31,595 bases of DNA from a virus (IMGVR_UViG_3300008217_000040:1-31595), one strand, 5' to 3'. Shown: positions 9,169-16,504, counted from the first letter of the stretch. Notes: generated from the sequence alone by a model not told the origin. Translations and numbers: made by a program.

Positions 9169-9370
9169 TCTCTTTCTTGTTGGGGTAAACGGTTTTCCTC
9201 CTGCTTAATTCTCCAGCCAGTATTGGATTCTTCTTCGCGGCAGAATGAATCAGGTGGATGATTTGTTTATTCACTGATCGATCTTCATGTTCAGCGAGTG
9301 CCTTTGCCAACAGCAGCGTTTCCTCGCTACATCTAATGAAGATTGTTTTTTCGTTTTTCATTGGATACAA
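9101..9370 (-). CDS. Arc-like ribbon-helix-helix DNA-binding protein
   Basis: IFIRCSEET...AKALAEHEDRSVNKQIIHLI matches the Arc/RHH pattern. Confidence 0.75.
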   Translation of the reverse strand: MYPMKNEKTIFIRCSEETLLLAKALAEHEDRSVNKQIIHLIHSAAKKNPILAGELSRRKTVYPNKKETKYGLVELAKSLQKVIPQDPKN

Positions 9371-9692
9371 ATTCCTTTGCTGATTCTTCCCAGTCTGGAG
9401 AGCCTTCTTCCTGCGTTAATCCGAATCCCTCAACCGTGTTCATCACGACCCCTACAGCTACGCTCTCGCCACCGATCTGGTAGTAGCCACGTTTTTCAAG
9501 TTGCTCAACAGCATCAGCCAGAGCAAATTCATTCTTCAGAAGCGGACTGTCGAGCAGGGTGATGGCGAATGCGATGGAGTCTCTTTCATCATCGAAAAGC
9601 CAGACAAAATGTTCCCAACTGCCTTCGCTTTCTGGCGGGTCTTCTTGTATTTGGGTGAGGACGAAGGTGTGCCGAATGACAGCAAACTTCAT
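9333..9692 (-). CDS. Hypothetical acidic protein
   Basis: TAATG coupling with upstream ORF. Confidence 0.7.
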   Translation of the reverse strand: MKFAVIRHTFVLTQIQEDPPESEGSWEHFVWLFDDERDSIAFAITLLDSPLLKNEFALADAVEQLEKRGYYQIGGESVAVGVVMNTVEGFGLTQEEGSPDWEESAKEFVSNEKRKNNLH

Positions 9693-9844
9693 TATTGAGA
9701 AACCTTTTCTTTTTTAAAGTGTTTACGCATCAAATGGATTCCGAAATAACAGGGAAGGAAAAGGATCATCATAAGACCGATGAATATAAAGAAGGGTACT
9801 TCCCACCAACGCTGCCAAGAAAAAACTGGTACTGAAACTTCCAT
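9692..9844 (-). CDS. Small membrane protein (50 aa, MEVSVPVFSWQRWWEVPFFIFIGLMMILFLPCYFG...)
   Basis: Below ORF-track cutoff; GGGAGG SD, one hydrophobic segment plus basic tail, TAATG overlap. Confidence 0.6.
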   Translation of the reverse strand: MEVSVPVFSWQRWWEVPFFIFIGLMMILFLPCYFGIHLMRKHFKKEKVSQ

Positions 9845-9910
9845 AATCATTGCCTCCCTTTATCTTCATCATAATAGCATATTGCTTGCTCTATGAAAGC
9901 GTATGCACAT

Positions 9911-9938
9911 AAAAAAAGGGGCCAATTGCTTGACCCCT
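9911..9938 (-). terminator. Intrinsic terminator
   Basis: GGGGUCAA-GCAA-UUGGCCCC followed by U7. Confidence 0.75.
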
Positions 9939-9980
9939 CAGGAGGTGAACCGAAAACGTAAACCCAAAACGTCTCGATGT
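9911..9980 (-). ncRNA. Candidate ~70-nt small RNA carrying an anti-Shine-Dalgarno sequence
   Basis: TTGATC-18-TACTAT promoter-like (10014-9985), UUCACCUCCU at 9949-9940, terminator at 9938-9911. Confidence 0.4.
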
Positions 9981-10014
9981 GCTCATAGTAAACCATCTGG
10001 CCGACTTGGATCAA

Positions 10015-10069
10015 GAGGAAAGACACACGATCCGAGGAAAGGCACACGATCCGAGGAAAGGCACACGAT
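10015..10069. repeat. 3 x 19-nt tandem repeat GAGGAAAGRCACACGATCC
   Basis: Units at 10015, 10034, 10053 (last one 17 nt). Confidence 0.9.
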
Positions 10070-10082
10070 TGGAGGCGCGGCT

Positions 10083-10122
10083 CAGACCACCCCCCGTTAC
10101 TGGAATAACGGGGGGTGGTCTG
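10083..10122. repeat. Perfect 17-bp inverted repeat, 6-nt loop
   Basis: CAGACCACCCCCCGTTA-CTGGAA-TAACGGGGGGTGGTCTG; no U-tract on either side. Confidence 0.9.
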
Positions 10123-10330
10123 CCCTAAGTCTTTGAAATTCAAGAAGTTTCTGGTCAAAACGAAATTTTACCAGTAAATATTTTGTTAACTACGCTCGCG
10201 GTTGCCAGCTTCTCTCGGCTCTTCCGTATAAGCTTTTGAATATTAAGAAGTTTATGCAGTTCAAAAATAAACGCCTGAGCTTCCACAGTCGGGATCACCA
10301 GAACATAAAAAAATAAGCGACAAGGAAAAG

Positions 10331-10369
10331 ATAAAAAAGTTTATGCCGGCATAAAAAAGTTTATGCCGG
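10331..10369. repeat. 2 x 20-nt tandem repeat ATAAAAAAGTTTATGCCGG(C)
   Basis: Direct read of the sequence. Confidence 0.85.
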
Positions 10370-10546
10370 AGAACTTTTTCAAAAATATTTTTTTCACCTA
10401 ACTATTCAAAACTTAACAGGGGGGGGAGACATTTCTCCCTAACCGCCCACCTTTTTAAAAGTCTCCCCAAGAAAGTTATCTTTTGAAAGGTTTATGGACT
10501 GGTAAATATTTATTTACCTGAAGTAAGCAGGTACGTTTTTTCAGGC

Positions 10547-10582
10547 AAAAAAAAAGGGCAGTAGCATTTCTGCTACTGCCCT
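10547..10582 (-). terminator. Strong intrinsic terminator ending the hammerhead operon
   Basis: GGGCAGUAGCA-GAAA-UGCUACUGCCC (11 bp) followed by U9. Confidence 0.9.
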
Positions 10583-10744
10583 AATTTTGCACTGCTTGTT
10601 TATGGAACCTGTTACCAGTGTTGTTCCCATCGCAACTAGACTGTGACTGACCGTCTTCCAACCTTCCCTGTCGAATTTGTCAGTAGGGGAATCTTGGTAT
10701 GACCTACTCTCATCGCATTTTAGCCATCGACTGGCCGCGTTGGG

Positions 10745-11311
10745 CTAACCGCCAACGCTCGGTTTCAAGATACGAAAATCAGTAACCGCGTATCCCCATC
10801 TGCTGCTGAGAACTTTACCGCTATGCTCTTTGCACTTAGCGTCCCAAATCCACTGAGGGATGGTTCCGTCCTTCTCATCATAGATTTTCTTTCCAGCACG
10901 AGTCACGAGAGGAAAGAAGAGACGAACCTTTTTCTTGAGCGACCCTGATCGTCCGTTCTGCAGCGGAACACTGTCGGACAGAGTCCAATCGAATGCAACT
11001 GATCTTTCACCTATCCAGTCTGGATCGGTTCCGACAAAGATGCGCATATCCTGTTTCGCCTTCCAAGCTTTCTTTTCTGCCTCAAGCTCATTCTTTCTTT
11101 CGTCAGTGCAATCACTGGCAAAGTCAAGATTTTTAAGACCTATGAAAACAGGACTCGTTTCGCCCTCAGCAAAAGCAACCGCAAAGAATCCGAACTTCCC
11201 ATCCTTGATCGAGCGCACTTCAACTTCTTTGCCCTTCTCAATTTTGGATTTGATTCGGTCAGTAGATACGACTGCATTGAATGGGCAGCTTTGAGATTTT
11301 TCAACTGACAT
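10745..11311 (-). CDS. Hypothetical protein (188 aa)
   Basis: GGAGGUGA SD, coupled to upstream gene. Confidence 0.8.
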   Translation of the reverse strand: MSVEKSQSCPFNAVVSTDRIKSKIEKGKEVEVRSIKDGKFGFFAVAFAEGETSPVFIGLKNLDFASDCTDERKNELEAEKKAWKAKQDMRIFVGTDPDWIGERSVAFDWTLSDSVPLQNGRSGSLKKKVRLFFPLVTRAGKKIYDEKDGTIPQWIWDAKCKEHSGKVLSSRWGYAVTDFRILKPSVGG

Positions 11312-11573
11312 TTTTCACCTCCCTTTCCTTAGATTTTAATAGTTCAATTCTATCTCTTAGTAATTTAATCTCACGTTGATAGGCTTTCTTCTTTTCTTCG
11401 ATAGCGTTCAGTTTTTCAATAACATTATCAGCACTAGCAGTGCCGAGTTCCAAAAGATGGCCTATTATTTCCTCAACTGCGCCTACATCATCAAAATCAT
11501 AGAGTAGGTTATGGTTCGCCATTTTTAAGAAAGTCTCATCTACTAGCGCATCTATTTTTAACAATTCATCCAT
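11301..11573 (-). CDS. Hypothetical coiled-coil protein
   Basis: GGAGGUGA SD. Confidence 0.75.
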   Translation of the reverse strand: MDELLKIDALVDETFLKMANHNLLYDFDDVGAVEEIIGHLLELGTASADNVIEKLNAIEEKKKAYQREIKLLRDRIELLKSKEREVKNVS

Positions 11574-11715
11574 TTTTCACCTCCCTTTCCTTTAACGAAA
11601 GATCATCTTTCATTTTCTTTCGAGTACCCTTGGACGCTGCACGTTTTAATTTCCTCGTGCCTAATCGTCCGTAAGTACCAGAAATACGCCGGCCTAACTT
11701 TTTTTCACTACTCAT
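11566..11715 (-). CDS. Small basic protein (49 aa, MSSEKKLGRRISGTYGRLGTRKLKRAASKGTRKK...)
   Basis: Below ORF-track cutoff; GGAGGUGA SD; overlaps the next start. Confidence 0.7.
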   Translation of the reverse strand: MSSEKKLGRRISGTYGRLGTRKLKRAASKGTRKKMKDDLSLKEREVKNG

Positions 11716-11769
11716 ATTTCACCTCCGACTATTTCATTTCAATCAAGATTGGCGATAAAGCCAATCCAC

Positions 11770-11823
11770 CCCTGTTTCGTCCTTTTGGACTCATTCAGCC
11801 AGACTTTCAGTCTGAGACAGTGG
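11770..11823 (-). ncRNA. Hammerhead ribozyme HH6, type III, core variant CUGAAUGA
   Basis: CUGUC^UCAGAC-UGAAA-GUCUGG CUGAAUGA GUCC-AAAA-GGAC GAAACAG; predicted cut 11816/11815. Confidence 0.85.
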
Positions 11824-11959
11824 TTTTTGGAAATTCGGAAGCCCACATTTGCGCTTAGACGCGATAAAAGGGAGTGACCCTTGTCGTGATATCACCGAAA
11901 ACAGCCCCTCTCAGATCGCCTCTAATTTTGCCGCCCTCTGCAGGCCGCGCTATAAAAGG

Positions 11960-12005
11960 GATGAAAGACACCCGATGAATGACACTCGATGAAAGACACT
12001 CGATG
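11960..12005. repeat. 3 x 14-nt tandem repeat GATGAAWGACACYC
   Basis: gatgaaagacaccc gatgaatgacactc gatgaaagacactc gatg. Confidence 0.85.
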
Positions 12006-12061
12006 GCTTTCTTTCCGTGAGATTCTAGGATCAAAAAAAAACGAAATAAAAAAAACAAGAT

Positions 12062-12095
12062 GAATTGTTATTTCACAAAACGAATTGTTATTTCA
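12062..12095. repeat. 2 x GAATTGTTATTTCA, 20-nt period
   Basis: Copies at 12062 and 12082. Confidence 0.8.
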
Positions 12096-12134
12096 TCTCG
12101 GTCCAAAATAATATTTTACCAGTCAAAACTTTTG

Positions 12135-12185
12135 TCTGTTTCGATCTTTCGATCTCATCAGGTGGAACACACATTCCACGACAGA
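12135..12185 (-). ncRNA. Hammerhead ribozyme HH5, type III
   Basis: UCUGUC^GUGGAAU-GUGU-GUUCCAC CUGAUGA GAUC-GAAA-GAUC GAAACAGA; canonical core, all three stems; cut 12180/12179. Confidence 0.95.
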
Positions 12186-12238
12186 TTATCCCCGCCCAGA
12201 GGGCGCGACTTTTGTCGCGCCCTCTTTCTCTCTCTCAC

Positions 12239-13738
12239 CTACCAACGCAAGTCTATCGGATCAATGTAGACGATCTCTCCGAAGGGAAGCTCCTCAGACC
12301 AGCAACTCTCAGAAGTCACTGCCCAGATTACGGGTACGTCTGGCTCCACATCCTCATCAACTTCTCCCTCGCCGTCAGTGAAGTAGATGATCGCAACTAC
12401 GTCATCCACTTCGCCTTCGGACCAATCGTTGAACAGGTTGAACGGGGGGGTGAAGGATGTACCACCACCACCTCGCCTAACCATTTTCAAGTCCTCTTGA
12501 TCGAGGTCAAAAACGTCCCACCACTCGCCGTCACTGTTTTTCTTAACGCTGGTATCGCAGTAGCAGATTCTGACCCGCTCAATCCCGCATTCCTCCAGAA
12601 GAATCTGAAGCTCTGCAGAAAAGACATCTAGCTCACGCTGTGAAACAGAACCTGACGTATCAACCATCACCGCAACTTCGCCGCCATTAGGCGATTTAAG
12701 CCGCGATGGAAGATAAGTCCCAGACCATGCAAATCGGCGGTTTGGCCGCGACCAAGTCGTATCGTCCGAAAGTGAATCCATGAGTTTATCCTTCATCAAT
12801 TCCTTCCAGTTGATTTCGCCTTGGTGCTTCGGGTTATCCGCTGCCGCTGTGGTCCAATTGCCAGTGTCACTTCCAGCTGGCAAGGTTGCTTCGAGTTTTT
12901 CCGCAAGGGTTTTAGCCCGTTGGAATTCACCTCGAAGCTCTTCCATCTCGTTGCTATCAAGCTTGGTCCCATCATCATGCCTTGGCGCAACAACACCTCC
13001 AGCCAGCTCGGGCAAATCAGAATATTTATCAGTCTGATTTTCTTTGCCATCGCCTTCGCCTTCGGAACCTGAGTCGGAGTCTGAATCTTCTTCATCTGCG
13101 CATGGATCACAGCGACCCCAGTTTCCACCGTTGTCGATTTCAGTCCCGCAGTTATTGCAAGTTTCTTCGGACTCTTCGCCTTCGCCTTCGCCTTCGGATT
13201 CGCCTTCGGACTCTTCGCCTTCGGAGCCGTCTTCGCCGTCTTCTGAACGGGTCCACATGGTCTCTTCTTCGCCGTCATCGTCCTTAGTTAATTCCTCGAC
13301 AATTTCCTTAAGCTTCTCAGGGTTGTTGTCCAGATCGCGGCATATAGCTTCGACCGCCCATCCCCGATACTCAGGCAGCAACAGACCGCCCTTAGGCATT
13401 GTCAAGCCGCATTCATAAACGAGAAAAGAATTGATCGAAAGGTCTGCAGCTATATTAAAGAGCTTCAGATTCCACGATCCAATTCGGAGCGGATGTTCAA
13501 AGTAATCATGTCCAACTTCATGCGTCACAACAAAATCCAATTCATCCTCAGTCCGACTGAGAACGTATTCTGGATTATAGAAAAAGTGAATCATGTCGGT
13601 TGCACAAGTGCCACTCTCTAACATCACAGGTTTGAGGTTCAATAATATCTTCGACAAGCTCATGTGATCGCGCATGACGCGAAGGTTAGAGCGTTTCAAA
13701 GCTATCATTGCTTGCTCATTCATCGTTTCAATATTCAT
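12239..13738 (-). CDS. Metallopeptidase-VWA protein (DUF2201-type)
   Basis: CATD..FYNP, HEVGH (HExxH), NIAADLSIN, acidic linker, W.RPNRR, MIDAS DTSGS, GGGGTSF, YFTDG. Confidence 0.9.
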   Translation of the reverse strand: MNIETMNEQAMIALKRSNLRVMRDHMSLSKILLNLKPVMLESGTCATDMIHFFYNPEYVLSRTEDELDFVVTHEVGHDYFEHPLRIGSWNLKLFNIAADLSINSFLVYECGLTMPKGGLLLPEYRGWAVEAICRDLDNNPEKLKEIVEELTKDDDGEEETMWTRSEDGEDGSEGEESEGESEGEGEGEESEETCNNCGTEIDNGGNWGRCDPCADEEDSDSDSGSEGEGDGKENQTDKYSDLPELAGGVVAPRHDDGTKLDSNEMEELRGEFQRAKTLAEKLEATLPAGSDTGNWTTAAADNPKHQGEINWKELMKDKLMDSLSDDTTWSRPNRRFAWSGTYLPSRLKSPNGGEVAVMVDTSGSVSQRELDVFSAELQILLEECGIERVRICYCDTSVKKNSDGEWWDVFDLDQEDLKMVRRGGGGTSFTPPFNLFNDWSEGEVDDVVAIIYFTDGEGEVDEDVEPDVPVIWAVTSESCWSEELPFGEIVYIDPIDLRW

Positions 13739-13769
13739 TGTTTCACCTCCAAGTGATATGAATATATTT

Positions 13770-13820
13770 GCTGTTTCGATCTTTCGATCTCATCAGTTGG
13801 AATACACATTCCAATACAGC
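13770..13820 (-). ncRNA. Hammerhead ribozyme HH4, type III
   Basis: GCUGUA^UUGGAAU-GUGU-AUUCCAA CUGAUGA GAUC-GAAA-GAUC GAAACAGC; paralogue of HH5 with compensatory changes; cut 13815/13814. Confidence 0.95.
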
Positions 13821-13850
13821 GGGGGGAACAAAATCGTTCCCCCCTTCACC

Positions 13851-14837
13851 TTACTTAAACGCCTTGCCCAAGAAGCTGTCTTTCAGATTGTCCACTGACT
13901 TGTCGAGACTCTCGGAGAGAGTGTCCCTTTTCGCCTTCGACTCTGCAGTGTCTTCCCTGTATGACTCCAAATCGCTTCCAATTGTTGAGAAAGTTTTCAC
14001 CAATTTCTGGTGAGCTTTCTTGATGTCTGAATTTCCACCAAGAATGTCCTCGTTAATTGTCGGCAATTTGGACAGCGTATCTCGCAAATTGTCAAAGCTT
14101 GCATCCTTGAAGAACGACTTCTGTTTATTCTTCGGATCATACTCAACCAACTTGGTAGCGAGATGGCTAACCTCGGACAGTAAGCTCTCGACAGTATCCT
14201 TCGCAGCATTTTCCACGCTTTGTCGAATACGTCTTTCAGCGTCCGCTTCGATTCGCTCGCGAAGCTCTTTGCTGAGATTGAGTCGAATGTCCACCTCACC
14301 TTCTTTCTTACCTGTTGGAACTCCTCCAACTTCAAGGTGGTAGTAGAACTTATCCTCAACCTCAGACTGCGATGGGTAGTCTTGCCGTTTCCAGAGACCT
14401 CCCAAAGCTTTCTTCGAAGCTTCAACCCTCTTCGGGTAATCCTTAATGAATTCCTCTTTTAGCGAATCAAACTCGCGTTTGGATTCTTGGAATTTATCAA
14501 GCAAGCCCTGCAATTCCTTGTTGGGACAAATGCGCCATCCGACAACCTGAGTTTTATTCGAAGTGTTTTCGGCTGGCGTATTGTCATGCCAAGGTAAGGT
14601 GACCTCAAGGTATCCCCCGTTATCGTTCCGAAAACGATTCACGATGGACCGAAAGGGCGCAGAGCATGGAGTTCCTAGCAGATGTTTGTTGCTTTGCAGA
14701 GACTTTTCATTTGCATTGAACTCTTTCGCGAGTGCTTTCCGCGCTTCCCTGTCAACCTTAACGCCCGAAAAATTCTTCGCGGTAAGCCTAACAAGAGTAG
14801 CGTTTTCAGCTAAGGTACTTTTGGTTTTCTTAACCAT
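13851..14837 (-). CDS. DUF3150-like helical protein
   Basis: L...A.LV.L....SG.K.D, K.LL, TLPW, DYP...V..KF pattern; position between AAA and VWA genes; strong SD. Confidence 0.6.
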   Translation of the reverse strand: MVKKTKSTLAENATLVRLTAKNFSGVKVDREARKALAKEFNANEKSLQSNKHLLGTPCSAPFRSIVNRFRNDNGGYLEVTLPWHDNTPAENTSNKTQVVGWRICPNKELQGLLDKFQESKREFDSLKEEFIKDYPKRVEASKKALGGLWKRQDYPSQSEVEDKFYYHLEVGGVPTGKKEGEVDIRLNLSKELRERIEADAERRIRQSVENAAKDTVESLLSEVSHLATKLVEYDPKNKQKSFFKDASFDNLRDTLSKLPTINEDILGGNSDIKKAHQKLVKTFSTIGSDLESYREDTAESKAKRDTLSESLDKSVDNLKDSFLGKAFK

Positions 14838-14895
14838 GTTTCACCTCCAAGTGATCATGTTTAACCAATTATAAATTGATGCACAAAGTGCATCC

Positions 14896-14999
14896 CCAAA
14901 CGCGCAACCTCCCGTGCGCGTTTCGCCTGCCCTCACCGAATAAATATTTACTGGTAAATAATTATTTGGAATTGGAATTCCTGCAGGTCTCATCAGTGG
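14896..14999 (-). ncRNA. Hammerhead ribozyme HH3, type I, with long stem II insertion
   Basis: CCA CUGAUGA G(A)CCUGC..insert..GCAGGC GAAA CGCGCA-CGGGAGGU-UGCGCG UU^UGG; 3-bp stem I, GUU site, begins 2 nt after the AAA stop; cut 14899/14898. Confidence 0.75.
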
Positions 15000-15001
15000 T
15001 T

Positions 15002-16108
15002 TTAAATTTCAAAAGCCTGATTGGCGATTTTGAAATCGGAATAAATAGAAGTCTCAGCAAGGTCAGGACGCTGACCAATTACCTGACGCATGAAGAAGAA
15101 CGCAAACTCATCACTTGGCATCCTTTGAATGTACGCGAGTGCGTTTTCAAAGTAGCCAGTCACTTCGCCTGCTTCGGCTTCTTTCATTGTGTGGACCAAC
15201 GCTATGCAAGTGGCGTAGTGCATTTTGTTGTCGTCAGGAATTTGGACGTTCCCGCCGTCCTTCATAATCTCCGACAGATTGGGAATGTCGTTTTGAAGCT
15301 TAACGAATGTTGCAAAATCAATCGCCGCTGCATCACCAATAGATTGTGACGTAGTGCGCTGCAAGTCGTCCTCGTTCTTAACAACTTCTGGTGCGACAAT
15401 TAATATGTCGCTAAGGCGCACCCAACTTCTTGAACTCGGTTGCTGTCCCGCAATCTTCGGATCGAAGACGTTCAAGTTTTCGGGTTGGTAAGATATGTAA
15501 CCCGTAATTAACGGGGAAACATAATTCTTCGCTGCCCAGATCAACCATTCCTTTGTGCTGGCTTCGAACTCAATAAGCTGAACCCTACTGACCACATGGG
15601 TTGGAACCTTGTTGCTACCAGCACGGTCTGTACTCCGATTTCCAGCACACACTATTCGCCAACCTGACGGGAAAATATAGGACCCAAGCCTACGCTCATG
15701 GAGCAATTGTCCAATGATGCTTTGCAACGAAGCATGAGCTTGTGCAAATTCATCCAAGAACAAAACGCCTTCACCAGACTGTGGAAGATTCTCAAGAAAT
15801 GCTCGTTGCTGAATTCCAATATCTGGGTTGTCCTTGCGGAACATGATGTGCGGCAAGCCGCCAAAATCTACCGCTTCATACAAGCCCAGTCGCACCGACA
15901 CATAGCCGAATGAACCCTTTGGGGGTGCAACAGCTAGCGGGAGGGATTCCTTGTCAGTAACGAGCTTCCGATCACCGCGAAGTATGTTCACACACACATC
16001 TACGATGGCCGACTTCCCGATACCAACTTGTCCCTCCAGATACGGCACATGGTTGGCCTTCAAACAATTGAGAATATCTTGCACTGCTTTTGTTGGATTT
16101 GTTTTCAC
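15002..16108 (-). CDS. MoxR-like AAA+ ATPase (AAA_5 type)
   Basis: Walker A GQVGIGKS, Walker B LFLDE, AGNR..DRAG, SRSW; GTG start at 16108 behind UUGGAGGU. Confidence 0.9.
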   Translation of the reverse strand: MKTNPTKAVQDILNCLKANHVPYLEGQVGIGKSAIVDVCVNILRGDRKLVTDKESLPLAVAPPKGSFGYVSVRLGLYEAVDFGGLPHIMFRKDNPDIGIQQRAFLENLPQSGEGVLFLDEFAQAHASLQSIIGQLLHERRLGSYIFPSGWRIVCAGNRSTDRAGSNKVPTHVVSRVQLIEFEASTKEWLIWAAKNYVSPLITGYISYQPENLNVFDPKIAGQQPSSRSWVRLSDILIVAPEVVKNEDDLQRTTSQSIGDAAAIDFATFVKLQNDIPNLSEIMKDGGNVQIPDDNKMHYATCIALVHTMKEAEAGEVTGYFENALAYIQRMPSDEFAFFFMRQVIGQRPDLAETSIYSDFKIANQAFEI

Positions 16109-16139
16109 GATTACCTCCAAGTAAATGAAATCAAAAGCT

Positions 16140-16166
16140 AAAAAAACGTAACCCAAAATGGGTTAC
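16140..16166 (-). terminator. Intrinsic terminator-like hairpin between HH2 and the AAA gene
   Basis: GUAACCCA-UUU-UGGGUUAC-G-U7. Confidence 0.6.
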
Positions 16167-16263
16167 ACCAAGACGATTCAACCTTGAACAGGAAAAACTT
16201 GTTATACAAAACAAGTTTCATTACGAATCGTTTCGCTAGAGTTTCGCTAGCTCTTCAGTTGGT
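16167..16263 (-). ncRNA. Hammerhead ribozyme HH2, type I, with extended stem III
   Basis: ACCAA CUGAAGA GCUAG-CGAAACU-CUAGC GAAA CGAUUC..(9-bp inner hairpin)..GAAUCG UC^UUGGU; cut 16172/16171. Confidence 0.9.
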
Positions 16264-16270
16264 TTACAAA

Positions 16271-16504
16271 TTATGCAAAACGATTTTTGAGAAGTTTTGC
16301 CACCGCTACCCAATGTCTGGGTTCCGCGAGTGAATCAATTTCATCGTGAATCGAAATTGCACTTACAGACTCCACCAACGACATCCACTTACCTTTATTT
16401 TTAGCCTGCCGCTCAGCGCGAATGCGACACTGTTTCTTGTGTGCGCGAATCGTCTTTCGGTAGTTGGTTTGTCGGTACTTTTCTTTCAATGCTTTAGCAG
16501 TCAT
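16271..16504 (-). CDS. Small basic hypothetical protein, first gene of the operon
   Basis: UUGGAGGUGAA SD before ATG 16504. Confidence 0.75.
   Translation of the reverse strand: MTAKALKEKYRQTNYRKTIRAHKKQCRIRAERQAKNKGKWMSLVESVSAISIHDEIDSLAEPRHWVAVAKLLKNRFA

Noticed and set aside
10015-10069. Tandem repeats as a mini CRISPR array, given the Cas4-like gene
   Set aside because: Repeats are contiguous with no unique spacers, and stand-alone Cas4-like nucleases are ordinary phage recombination exonucleases.
9847-10158. ORFs 9847..10158 (-) and 9903..10136 (+)
   Set aside because: They cross a terminator, tandem repeats and a palindrome, and lack an SD; probably spurious.
10588-10742. Cobalamin riboswitch-like GGGAAGG..GAAGAC words
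   Set aside because: The remaining conserved elements are missing and it lies at an operon 3' end, not in a leader.
11855-12058. 67-aa minus-strand ORF between HH5 and HH6
   Set aside because: TTG start in a poly-U tract with no SD, unlike all neighbouring genes; runs through the tandem repeat.
16109-16156. N-terminal extension of the AAA ORF from 16156
   Set aside because: Overlaps the terminator-like hairpin; a strong SD supports GTG at 16108.
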